From Macrostomum lignano (taxonomy: Eukaryota): a DNA stretch of 64,000 bases. The stretch is from contig NIVC01000103.1 of assembly GCA_002269645.1 (NCBI GenBank), positions 124,001-188,000 of the forward strand. Reading direction: 5' to 3'. Shown here one piece after another: positions 11,719-23,059 of the stretch. Each line of letters starts with the position of its first letter. Position 1 is the first letter of the stretch. The translations under genes and the position numbers were made by a program. A model generated the notes under the pieces. That model searched no databases. It saw only the letters and a program-made list of their open reading frames with translations, and was not told where the DNA came from.

Positions 11719-13077
11719 GTGCAGATCAGTTCAAATCTCATCAAAACAATCTACAAAAATTCCAAGAATCAGCAACTCCCGGTTCCCCCGCCGCAGGCTC
11801 TGATCATCTGCAACCGCGGCAGCGGCAGCGGCCTGCAATCAGCCGCCAACGCCGACAGTCTCGCTGCCGCTCTGACTGACGGCGACGACGATGGCGCCGA
11901 TGACGACGGCTGCACGACCGAGGACTGCGCCGAGGCAAAGCGGGCAGCCGCGTGTCCGCATCGACTGCAGCCGCCGCCACCGCCACCGCCACCTCAACAG
12001 CAGCAGCATCAGCAGCATCATCATCAGCAGCAGCAGCAGCGACAGCCTCATCCGCAGCGCCGCCGCCGCTGCCGCCTGCTGGTGGTGAGTTTCGGCCTCT
12101 GCAGCCTCTCCTTGACTCTGCTGGCCATTGGCTGCGTGCTGCTTAGCCTGCACTTCTACGGCACCGCCGGCACCTCCAGTTCCGCTGTCGGGCACGTCGA
12201 AGCCGAGGCTCGACTGCCGCTGCCGACGCGACCGACAAGCTCTCTGTCGAGCCCGTCGGCACCTTCACAGTCCTCGAGGTTTTTGAGAGCGACCAGCGCT
12301 CCGGCATCTCTGCCGGACCCCTGTCGCGATTTTCACGACTTCGCCTGTCGGGACGCCGCTTTGGCGCCCGGCGGCTTGGCGCTGGTAGCTGTCGCGCCGT
12401 CGCCGCTGTCCACCTACGACCTGTTCGCCTCCGTCATGGCGGAGCTGCGGGCTGCTGTGCGGCGCTCCAACCAGCTGAGCGGCCACACGCGGGCGGCGAT
12501 GCTCAGCCGGCTGGACTCGATCCGCCTGCGGCTGGTGGCCTCGGCGGCTCCGACAGACATCCGGCTGATGCCGACGCAGAATGGCAGCAGGGGTCTCGAC
12601 GCCGACGGCCGCAGCGTTCTGCTGGCCCCGAGCAGAGTTGTGCCGCTGAGCGAGCACGATTCGAGCGGCCTGGCGACGGCTGGCGCACTGCTGGCCGAGG
12701 CCGCCTTCGCCACGGTGGGCCCGCGGCAGCGGCTCCGCCTGTACTCCACCGAGAGCGAGCAGCGACTCGCCGCCGCCTTCCGCTGCTTCGCCAGCCGCCT
12801 GCCGCCGGGCAGCTCCTCCGGCGAGGTGGCCGCCCTGGTTGCCAAGCGGACCGGCCTGTCGGCGGCGGCGGCGGCCGCGGTTGCTCGACTGCGAAATCCG
12901 CCATTGTGGCCGAGCTTCTTCGTGGACTGGGCGCGGCTTCAGTGCCGCCTGCCCGACGACGGCGCAGCCGGCAGACGGCGGCTGCTGGTGAACGCGGCCG
13001 TTGCTGAGATGCCGCAGTTTGCTGGGGCTTTCGGCTGCGACCAGATCCCGACGACGGAGCTGTGCGAGTTTCCCTAG
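11719..13077 (+). CDS. Shortened neprilysin/ECE (peptidase M13)-like type II membrane protein, apparently non-catalytic; main exon probably starts at the 11797 acceptor
   Basis: Signal-anchor LLVVSFGLCSLSLTLLAIGCVLL; DPCRDFHDFAC matches the M13 DPCxDFyxfAC motif; C-terminal LVNAAVAEMPQFAGAFGC...C matches RVNgplsNmpeFakAFnC. The HExxH position reads GALLAEAAFA. No initiator ATG precedes the TM within this exon, so an upstream exon is needed. Confidence 0.75.
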   Translation: MQISSNLIKTIYKNSKNQQLPVPPPQALIICNRGSGSGLQSAANADSLAAALTDGDDDGADDDGCTTEDCAEAKRAAACPHRLQPPPPPPPPQQQQHQQHHHQQQQQRQPHPQRRRRCRLLVVSFGLCSLSLTLLAIGCVLLSLHFYGTAGTSSSAVGHVEAEARLPLPTRPTSSLSSPSAPSQSSRFLRATSAPASLPDPCRDFHDFACRDAALAPGGLALVAVAPSPLSTYDLFASVMAELRAAVRRSNQLSGHTRAAMLSRLDSIRLRLVASAAPTDIRLMPTQNGSRGLDADGRSVLLAPSRVVPLSEHDSSGLATAGALLAEAAFATVGPRQRLRLYSTESEQRLAAAFRCFASRLPPGSSSGEVAALVAKRTGLSAAAAAAVARLRNPPLWPSFFVDWARLQCRLPDDGAAGRRRLLVNAAVAEMPQFAGAFGCDQIPTTELCEFP

Positions 13078-13413
13078 CAACGAGACTTACTTGGCAGCAA
13101 GATTTCCCTATAAAAATTGTCCCTGGCAATAAGAATTCCCTAGCGACGAGTTTTCAATAATAAGAATGTTTCCCTAGCAACGGGATTTCCCTAGTAAAAA
13201 TAGTTCCCTAACAAAAAGACTTCCCTACTAACAATGCTATCCTAGCAACCAGACTTCCCTAGTAACAATTTTACCCTAGCAACGGGATTTCCCTAGTAAG
13301 AACGTTGCCCTAGCAACGGGATTTCCCTAGTAAGAACGTTACCCTAGCAACGGGATTTCCCTATTAAGAATTTTACCCTAGCAACGAGATTTCCTTAGTA
13401 ACAATGTTTCCCC
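13068..13413. repeat. ~32-bp degenerate tandem repeat containing RFX X-box-like motifs
   Basis: Recurrent ccctagcaac; full GTTGCCCTAGCAAC at 13304 and GTTACCCTAGCAAC at 13338. Confidence 0.85.
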
Positions 13414-13417
13414 AGCT

Positions 13418-13762
13418 ACCAGATAACCAGATTCAGATCCATATCTAATAGATTCAGATCCATATCTAATAGATTCAGATCCATATCTAATAGATTCGGA
13501 TCCATACCTAATAGATTCAGATCCATATCTAATAGATTCAGATCCATACCTAATAGATTTATATCCATATCTAATAGATTCAGATCCATATCTAATAGAT
13601 TCAGATCCATATCTAATAGATTCAGATCCATATCTAATAGATTCAGATCCATATCTAATAGATTCAGATCCATATCTAATAGATTCAGATCCATATCTAA
13701 TAGATTCAGATCCATATCTAATAGATTCAGATCCATATCTAATAGATTAAGATTCATATCTA
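13418..13762. repeat. Minisatellite, 21-bp unit (agattcagatccatatctaat)
   Basis: Direct tandem repetition (LLDMDLN ORF). Confidence 0.97.
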
Positions 13763-14164
13763 AAAGACAAATATTCAAATACAAAAATGGAAGGCATGTT
13801 TTTATCTACCTGTAAGAGTGATAGCAGCCCCTTTTCCAATACCCAATACCTTGGTGCACTTTGACTAAAACTTTTGCTTCATAAATCTAAATAAACAATC
13901 CATATTTTCACCTGCCCAAGCACATGTGTACCGTCACAGGTTGTCTCAGTTCCCAGATCAGCATTCATTCCAGTGCTTGTTACGCTTTTGTGTCGAAATT
14001 TTCAACTACGAACTAGTCATCGATCTGTCTGGTACCACAAGCTAAAGCCAAGCATAAATATCAAGTTCTGTGATTTTACTGTCATTAATCTCAATGAGAT
14101 TCGCATTTTTTCTGTTCATTTTTTGTGTACACATGTATGTAGGATTGGAATTTGGGTTTGGGTA

Positions 14165-14942
14165 TTTTGGGATCAGAGATTTCTAAAGTGTTTTGGGATC
14201 AGGGATTTCTAAAGTGTTTTGGGATCAGGGATTTCTAAAGTGTTTTCGGATCAGGGATTTCTAAAGTGTTTTCGGATCAGGGATTTCTGAAGTCTCTGGG
14301 ATCAGAGAGTTCTGAAGTCTCTGGGATCAGAGAGTTCTGAAGTCTCTGGGATCAGTGATATCTAGGCATATTTGGATCAGGGATATCTAGGCATATTGGG
14401 ATCAGGGATATCTAGGCAATGTTTGGATCAGGGATATCTAGGCATATTGGGATCAGGGATATCTAGGCAATGTTTGGATCAGGGATATCTAGGCATATTG
14501 GAATCGGGGATATCTAGGCATATTGGGATCGGGGATATCGAGGCATATTGGGATCAGGGATATCTAGGCATATTGGGATCAAGGATATCTAGGTATATTG
14601 GGATCAGGGATATCTAGGCATATTGGGATCAGGGATATCTGGGCATATTGGGATCAGGGATATCTAGGCATATTGGGATCAGGGATATCTAGGCATATTG
14701 GGATCAGGGATATCTAGGCATATTGGAATCGGGAATATTTAGGCATATTGGGATCGGGGATATCGAGGCATATTGGGATCGGGGATATCTGGGCATATTG
14801 GGATCAGGGATATCTAGGCATATTGGGATCAGGGATATCTGGGCATATTGGGATCAGGGATATCTAGGCATATTGGGATCAGGGATATCTAGGCATATTG
14901 GGATCAGGGATATCTAGGCATATTGGGATCAGGGACATCTGG
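14165..14942. repeat. Minisatellite, ~25-bp unit (gggatcagggatatctaggcatatt), with variant 5' units
   Basis: Period 25 counted at 14821/14846/14871. Confidence 0.95.
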
Positions 14943-15514
14943 CAATGCCTTGCGATGAACTAAAACAACAAGTCAAATTGCTATGCAGGAAGTTCGCTAA
15001 GTTTCAAAAGCCATAAAACTTAAAACCCAAGCGTCAGACGAAGTCGCAACTTTTGCACGATTTGTAAATTTATTCAACTGAGCCGGCCGCCCGGGAGCCG
15101 AAGGACTTGGATACCCGAAATTGCCAGTCTCCATAAATCCTGCTGCATCTTATGCTGCCGCATAAGTGATAACGAATTCTCCCTTATGGTCCACATTCCT
15201 CCCAAGTCGACATTCCCTCCTAGACGCGAATGTTCAGCTTGAGAAACATTAAGTCACCAATTTTTCCATTGCGATAAATTTTCCAACGTGCAACTTTTTC
15301 GCCTGAAAATTTTTGTGTACTGGATAAAAATTGAAGTTCTTTGCAGATCCTGTCAGCATTGCTACTGCATGTGCTACTGTTAGTAACTTATTAGCAAGCA
15401 GTTCTAAAAGTGTTGCGGGCTGGTATCTAAACATGAGTTGCTTTTCGATTCAACTCGCAGAAAATACCAAGGGGAGGTTTAGAACCCCGGGGATGTGGTC
15501 AGAGATACTAAAAG

Positions 15515-15855
15515 GTCAGGTCAGAAATCCCAAATGGAGGTCGGAACTCCCAAAAAGAGGTCAGAAATCCCAAATGGAGGTCGGAGATCCCAAAGGTAGG
15601 TCAGAAATCCCAAAGGGGGTAAGAGATTCCAGAGGGAAATCAGAAATCCCAAAGGGAGGTAAGAGATCCTAAAGGTAGGTCAGAAATAACAAAGGGAGGT
15701 CGGAAACTCAAAGGGAGGTCAGAGATCCCAAAGGGAGGTCAGAAATCCCAAATGGAGGTCAGAAATCCCAAAGGGAGGTCAGAAATCCCAAATGGAGGTC
15801 ACTCAGGTCAGAGACCCCAAAGTGAGGTCAGAAACCCCAAAGGGAGGTAAGAGAT
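15515..15855. repeat. Degenerate 21-bp tandem repeat (ggtcagaaatcccaaagggag)
   Basis: Direct repetition. Confidence 0.9.
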
Positions 15856-16244
15856 TAAGACAGCGATTTTGCCCCAATTACATTTCAGAAATATTATTTT
15901 GTGCCAATACTACTTCAGCTACTGAGTAGGCATTCCAGTTTTGTGCCAGAATCGACAATGACAAAGATGACAAATGCCCTCAGTATGCATGCTATTACTA
16001 ATAATATGGACCACCACACACAGAGATTTCGGAAAATTAGTACTGTCTTCATGAGCAAATTTGCTGTTTGGCAGCTAAATCTTATGATTAATGTGTACTT
16101 TTAATGCGTGCTTAGAAATTTGACACCGAGTGTGCGAACCGAGCAAGGTTTTATCTTGTCACAGCTGACTTTGACGAGCAAGCATTGAGCTGCAGCTGTG
16201 CACTCTGACACTGGTTGAGAATACATTGTTGAGTCCCTGGCATT

Positions 16245-18922
16245 CCCTTCTACACTGCAGTGAGCCCCGCTACCCTCCTTCACTGTAGCTTCAGAGAGAA
16301 CCGCTGCCCTCCTTCACTGTAGCTTCAGTGAGAATCGCTACCCTCCCTCATTTCAGCTTCAGTGAGCCCCGCTACCCTCCTTCACTGTAGCTTCAGTGAG
16401 AACCGCTACCCTCCTTCACTGTAGCTTCAGAGAGAACCGCTGCCCTCCTTCACTGTAGCTTCAGTGAGCCTCGCTACCCTCCTTCACTGTAGCTTCAGTG
16501 AGAACCACTACCCTCCTTCACTGTAGCTTCAGTGAGAACCGCTACCCTCCTTCACTGTAGCTTCAGTGAGAACCGCTACCCTCCTTCACTGTAGCTTCAG
16601 TGAGAACCGCTACCCTCCTTCACTGTAGCTTCAGTGAGCCTCGCTACCCTCCTTCACTGTAGCTTCAGTGAGAACCACTACCCTCCTTCACTGTAGCTTC
16701 AGTGAGAACCGCTACCCTCCTTCACTGTAGCTTCAGTAAACACTGCTACCCTCCTTCACTGCAGCTTCAGTAATCACTGCTACCCTCCTTCACTGTAGCT
16801 TCAGAGAGAACCACTGCCCTCCTTCACTGTAGCTTCAGTGAGAACCGCTACCCTCCTTCACTGTAGCTTCAGTAATCACTGCTACCCTCCTTCACTGTAG
16901 CTTCAGTGAGAACCGCTACCCTCCTTCACTGTACCTTCAGTGAGAACCGCTACCCTCCTTCACTGTAGCTTCAGTAATCACTGCTACCCTCCTTCGCTGT
17001 AGCTTCGGTGAGAACCGCTACCCTCCTTCACTGTAGCTTCAGAGAGAACCGCTGCCCTCCTTCACTTTAGCTTCAGAGAGAACCGCTGCCCTCCTTCACT
17101 GTAGCTTCAGTGAGAACCGCTACCCTCCTTCACTGTAGCTTCAGTAAGCACTGCTACCCTCCTTCACTGCAGCTTCAGTGAGAACCGCTACCCTCCTTTA
17201 CTGTAGCTTCAGTGAGAACCGCTACCCTCCTTCACTGTAGCTTCAGTGAGAACCGCTACCCTCCTTCACTGTAGTTTCAGAGAGAACCGCTACCCTCCTT
17301 CACTGCAGCTTCAGAGAGAACCGCTGCTCTCCTTCACTGTAGCTTCAGAGAGAACCGCTACCCTCCTTCACTGTAGCTTCAGTGAGAACCGCTACCCTCC
17401 TTCACTGTAGTTTCAGAGAGAACCGCTACCCTCCTTCACTGTAGCTTCAGTAAGCACTGCTACCCTCCTTCACTGCAGCTTCAGAGAGAACCGCTGCTCT
17501 CCTTCACTGTAGCTTCAGAGAGAACCGCTGCCCTCCTTCACTGTAGCTTCAGTGAGAACCGCTGCCCTCCTTCACTGCAGCTTCAGTGAGCCCCGCTACC
17601 CTCCTTCACCGCAGCTTTAGTGAGCCCCGCTACCCTCCTTCACTGCAGCTTTAGTGAGCCCGCTACCCTCCCTCATTGCAGCTTCAGTGAGCCCCGCTAC
17701 CCTCCTTCACTGTAGCTTCAGTAAGCACTGCTACCCTCCTTCACTGCAGCTTCCCATACCCCGCTACCCTCCCTCATTGCAGCTTCCCATACCCCGCTAC
17801 CCTCCTTCACTGTAGTTTCAGAGAGAACCGCTACCCTCCTTCACTGCAGCTTCAGAGAGAACCGCTGCTCTCCTTCACTGTAGCTTCAGAGAGAACCGCT
17901 GCCCTCCTTCACTGTAGCTTCAGTGAGAACCGCTACCCTCCTTCACTGTAGTTTCAGAGAGAACCGCTACCCTCCTTCACTGTAGCTTCAGTAAGCACTG
18001 CTACCCTCCTTCACTGCAGCTTCAGAGAGAACCGCTGCTCTCCTTCACTGTAGCTTCAGAGAGAACCGCTGCCCTCCTTCACTGTAGCTTCAGTGAGAAC
18101 CGCTGCCCTCCTTCACTGTAGTTTCAGAGAGAACCGCTACCCTCCTTCACTGTAGCTTCAGTAAGCACTGCTACCCTCCTTCACTGCAGCTTCAGAGAGA
18201 ACCGCTGCTCTCCTTCACTGTAGCTTCAGAGAGAACCGCTGCCCTCCTTCACTGTAGTTTCAGAGAGAACCGCTGCCCTCCTTCACCGCAGCTTCAGTGA
18301 GCCCCGCTACCCTCCTTCACTGCAGCTTTAGTGAGCCCCGCTACCCTCCCTCATTGCAGCTTCAGTAAGCACTGCTACCCTCCCTCACTGCAGCTTCAGT
18401 AAGCACCGCTACCCTCCTTCACTGCAGCTTCAGTGAGAACCGCTACCCTCCTTCACTGCAGCTTCAGTAAGCACTGCTACCCTCCCTCACTGCAGCTTCA
18501 GTAAGCACTGCTACCCTCCCTCACTGCAGCTTCAGTAAGCACCGCTACCCTCCTTCACTGCAGCTTCAGTGAGAACCGCTACCCTCCTTCACTGCAGCTT
18601 CAGTGAGAACCGCTACCCTCCTTCACTGCAGCTTCAGTAAGCACTGCTACCCTCCCTCACTGCAGCTTCAGTAAGCACTGCTACCCTCCCTCACTGCAGC
18701 TTCAGTAAGCACCGCTACCCTCCTTCACTGCAGCTTCAGTGAGAACCGCTACCCTCCTTCACTGCAGCTTCAGTGAGAACCGCTACCCTCCTTCACTGCA
18801 GCTTCAGTAAGCACTGCTACCCTCCCTCATTGCAGCTTCAGTAAGCACTGCTACCCTCCCTCATTGCAGCTTCAGTAAGCACTGCTACCCTCCCTCACTG
18901 CAGCTTCCCATACCCCGCTACC
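16245..18922. repeat. 2.7-kb minisatellite, 34-bp unit (ccgctaccctccttcactgtagcttcagtgagaa)
   Basis: Period 34; many units carry the hairpin TCACTG-tagctt-CAGTGA; there are no unique spacers. Confidence 0.97.
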
Positions 18923-19509
18923 CATATAACTCAGATTTTTCGCATTGGTAACTCTGACTTATCAGAAGCAATTACTGCAGGCATTGAGTAACTTCTTTGC
19001 ATATTTGTTATTGCATTAGCTTTGGGTGGACAGCTCAGCTGGCCTGTGTGAGTCACGCCTGTCATCTTCTTCCCAAAGTAAAGCCGAGTTATTTTCCCTT
19101 CCTCCCTAGGCTATACTCAGCGCAGTGGGGATATTTCTGGTGGGATTAGCGTACGTCTTCTTTTAGGGAATCGCTCTCTCGCGGGATGGCTTGAGAAAAA
19201 AATTCAACTGGCGAACCGACTTTAAGCAAGGAGAGAGGAGAGACAGGAAGAGACGGAAAATCAATCCGCAGAATGGGCAGAGTGGAGAGACAGACAGGGG
19301 GCAGATAAGGCCACTCTGCCCCCCCCCCTCCCCACTCGGTGTACACCAGGACGGCAAGACGGACGGACGGTTCTCGCTGACTAAGCCATGAACTGCGGTC
19401 GGATGAGGGGAGGAATGAGCACTTTATTTAAATAGCTCACCACTCTCCCGAGTGGACCAGTAAAGCAACACACAGTTGGCAGTCAGGAGGAGCTACAGAC
19501 CGGACAGCA

Positions 19510-20214
19510 ATGGATCCAGATGTGGACGAGCTGACAGCGGAGCTCACGAAGCTGTACGCCGAGCCGCAACCGCAGCTGCTGCTGCCGAACCCGCATCTGA
19601 CCAAGCGACAGTCCAGCACCGACAGCGGCGGCGGCGTCAGCGCCGGTCGCGGCTGCGAAGACGCCTTGGACGAGCTTGTCCGCGAGCTGCACGCCGAGAA
19701 CCAGCGGCTCCGGCAGCGGCTGAGGTCGGCGGAGGCGGAGCATGGGCACCGGGTGCGCTGCCTGGTGGACACGCTGGACAAGATGCAGAAGGAGGTGGCC
19801 GAGATGGCCACCAGAATGTCAGCGGCGGTCAAGCGGCCGAAGAGCGACTGCACCAACCAGTCGACGCCATCGTCGGCCGCCTGTTGTCACGGCCGCGACG
19901 GCGTCGGCCTGCAGACACGGAGACGCAGCCTGAGCATCGGCGAGGACTATCGGGAGCTGGCCTCGGCTCTGGCGCACGCATGCGAGGAACTCCGGGCTGA
20001 GAACGCCTGTCTGATGCAGCAGCTGCGGAGGCTGCGCTCGCACCAGCCGGCTGTGCCAAACAGTCGGGCAAGTCAACGCCGGCGGGAGCTGCGACGCTGC
20101 CAGGCCGAGGAGGAGCTCGCCGAGATGCGCGAAGAGCTGCACCGGCTTCGGGTGGCCGTGCTGGAGGCCAGCGTGCGGTTCCCCGGAGTCGAAGCGCTGC
20201 TGTTGAAGCCCTAG
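19510..20214 (+). CDS. Single-exon coiled-coil protein, 234 aa, family not recognised
   Basis: GC-rich ORF with coding-like codon usage, good ATG context, heptad-rich segments (LDELVRELHAENQRLRQRL; LRAENACLMQQLRRL), and an AT-rich TATA-like tatttaaata ~80 bp upstream. Confidence 0.65.
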   Translation: MDPDVDELTAELTKLYAEPQPQLLLPNPHLTKRQSSTDSGGGVSAGRGCEDALDELVRELHAENQRLRQRLRSAEAEHGHRVRCLVDTLDKMQKEVAEMATRMSAAVKRPKSDCTNQSTPSSAACCHGRDGVGLQTRRRSLSIGEDYRELASALAHACEELRAENACLMQQLRRLRSHQPAVPNSRASQRRRELRRCQAEEELAEMREELHRLRVAVLEASVRFPGVEALLLKP

Positions 20215-20321
20215 CGGCAGTGTTGATACCGTGTGAAAATTGAATCCGAGGTGCAATGGCTCAGTGGTAGGGCGTTTGAAGACCTCCTGGGTTATGCTGA
20301 TGCTCAGAAGGACTGCATGCA

Positions 20322-20890
20322 GCAATCAGAAGGTTGTTACTGTAGCAATCAGGTTGTTACTGTAGAAATCAGAAGGTTGTTACTGTAGCAATCAGGTTGT
20401 TACTGTGGCAATCAGAAGGTTGTTACTGTAGCAATCAGAAGGTTGTTACTGTAGTAATCAGAAGGTTGTTACTGTAGCAATCAGGTTGTTACTGTAGCAA
20501 TCAGGTTGTTACTGTAGCAATCAGAAGGTTGTTACTGTAGCAATCAGAAGGTTGTTACTGTAGCAATCAGGTTGTTACTGTAGTAATCAGGTTGTTACTG
20601 TAGTAATCAGGTTGTTACTGTAGTAATCAGAAGGTTGTTACTGTAGCAATCAGGTTGTTACTGTAGAAATCAGGTTGTTACTGGTTAGCAATCAGAAGGT
20701 TGTTACTGTAGTAATCAGAAAGTTGTTACTGTAGCAATCAGGTTGTTACTGTAGCAATCAGAAGGTTGTTACTGTAGTAATCAGGTTGTTACTGTAGTAA
20801 TCAGAAGGTTGTTACTGTAGCAATCAGGTTGTTACTGTAGCAATCAGGTTGTTACTGTAGAAATCAGGTTGTTACTGGTTAGCAATCAGG
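20322..20890. repeat. Minisatellite with mixed 20/23-bp units (aatcag(aag)gttgttactgtagc)
   Basis: Direct repetition. Confidence 0.95.
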
Positions 20891-22009
20891 TTTTCATTCC
20901 TAGGCTTGCTCAGCAGCTGACATGGAACGCTCACAACCTTATCTGCTATGGTGTGCACTCCGATTCTCAGGCCTCGCGTGATGACTCAGACACAGTTACT
21001 TGCACTGTAAGTCTAGATATGTGTTTGAGCTACTTGTAATAGTTTGTATCAAAGTACACATGGAGTCAGTTGTGCTAGCAAAATAATCTACTGATCCTGT
21101 GTGCGTATTCAAAATCCGCCAGTTTCTATAAAAGCATATAGGTTATCGAATTTTGTCTCTTTCAACCCGTTGAGGTAAAACCATCATTTGTTATAATTTG
21201 ATGCATTCATTTTACTTTGCGATTTCTTCTTAAATTATTAACTATCAAATGAACACTTGTACAAAGCTTTCGTTTTCTTGTTTTGTTATACTCGCTATTA
21301 TAGAGTTCTGTTTCGAATTAACAAAAAATCTGACTGTACACTAAATGCGACTGTTGATCGAATTTCATGCGTATATATCTGAGATTTTCTTACCAATTTA
21401 CTCGTAATAAACTTCGTTGCAATAGAAAGATTACAGAATATCTTTTAAACCTGTTGGCCACTAGATCACGGATCGATGCTTTTGATCGATATTCTCTCGC
21501 CATACCATGAGACAGGACAGTACATGTACTTCGCCTACTTCATGGGTGCTGTTTCTGTTGCTAAAAATAGAGATTGTTAACGTAATAAGACTTCGGGGAG
21601 CATGTGCTGTTTTGTGTTGTTGACCGAAGCCTGAGAAATTCAGAAATTCTACGAAGAGACAATCATGCAGTGTTTGTCTGCAGTAGCTCATAACTTTACC
21701 AATGACTACTCAAGTAGAAGGACAGGACACTATACGTTCCTCTGAAAATTTTCGGAGGCTGGTTCTATAGAAAAATACATTACGGAGATACTCGTAGGTA
21801 ACGGTAGGTTTTCCTTTTTTGAGCACAAAAATGGTTATAGCTTTTGATAGAAGGGAGACCCAAATGTTTATATTTTAGCATGCATTGCCTTTCTCATAGC
21901 TCTATCGATATTCATAGAGCTTTTAGTTTAGAAAATTAAGATTCTATGTTAATCTTATTATCCTATGTACATTTCTTATGCCCAATAATCAGCATACTCG
22001 TAGAATCCT

Positions 22010-22618
22010 AGAGTAGCTTCTGTGAGTAGTTTCTGTGAGTAGCTTCTGTGAGTAGCTTCTGTGAGTAGTTTCTGTGAGTAGTTTCTATGAGTAGCTTCTG
22101 TGAGTAGCTTCTGTGAGTAGTTTCTGTGAGTAGTTTCTATGAGTAGCTTCTGTGAGTAGTTTCTGTGAGTAGTTTCTGTGAGTAGCTTCTGTGAGTAGTT
22201 TCTGTGAGTAGTTTCTGTGAGTAGTTTCTGTGAGTAGTTTCTGTGAGTAGCTTCTGTGAGTAGTTTCTGTGAGTAGTTTCTATGAGTAGCTTCTGTGAGT
22301 AGCTTCTGTGAGTAGTTTCTGTGAGTAGTTTCTATGAGTAGCTTCTGTGAGTAGTTTCTGTGAGTAGTTTCTGTGAGTAGTTTCTGTGAGTAGTTTCTGT
22401 GAGTAGTTTCTGTGAGTAGTTTCTATGAGTAGCTTCTGTGAGTAGTTTCTGTGAGTAGTTTCTATGAGTAGTTTCTGTGAGTAGTTTCTGTGAGTAGTTT
22501 CTATGAGTAGCTTCTGTGAGTAGCTTCTGTGAGTAGTTTCTGTGAGTAGTTTCTGTGAGTAGTTTCTATGAGTAGCTTCTGTGAGTAGTTTCTGTGAGTA
22601 GCTTCTGTGAGTAGTTTT
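22010..22618. repeat. Minisatellite, 13-bp unit (ctgtgagtagttt)
   Basis: Period 13 counted directly. Confidence 0.97.
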
Positions 22619-23059
22619 TGTGCTGAAAAATGAAAACCTACGCGTGTATTTACATATACACATATATTTACATACATTTACATGATATATATATATATAT
22701 CACGAGCCTTTCATCAAAATGAACACAGAACACCTACCCTAGGATGTACAGTACAGCAGGTTGCGTCTGTTTGACACTGCAACTGTACAACACAGATTTG
22801 TTGTTGCACATGTCTGGGTGGTTTGGTTTTTTGTATACCAGCCAGTATATTGTGAGCTTTCTCAAGCACACAATTACTCAAGACTGAGACTGAAGTTTAG
22901 TAATTGCTCGCTTTTCATTTCTATATTTAGACATTCGGTCAGAGTAATTGTATTTGGTGCCGTTTAAATGAATTTATATAGGCGTATACAAGTATATCGA
23001 AACTTGAAATCTAAAGCCCCCAGCTTATAAAACAGAGAACTTCATGTTTCTCCGCAACA

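Noticed and set aside
12265-13129. Antisense or alternative-frame ORFs over GC-rich exons (also at 19437-20325, 30124-30864, 33105-34202, 38060-38573, 44056-44549)
   Set aside because: Shadow ORFs expected in high-GC coding DNA; they show no recognisable motifs.
16245-18922. CRISPR-like array (34-bp partly palindromic repeat)
   Set aside because: Units are contiguous with no unique spacers, there are no cas genes, and the context is eukaryotic.
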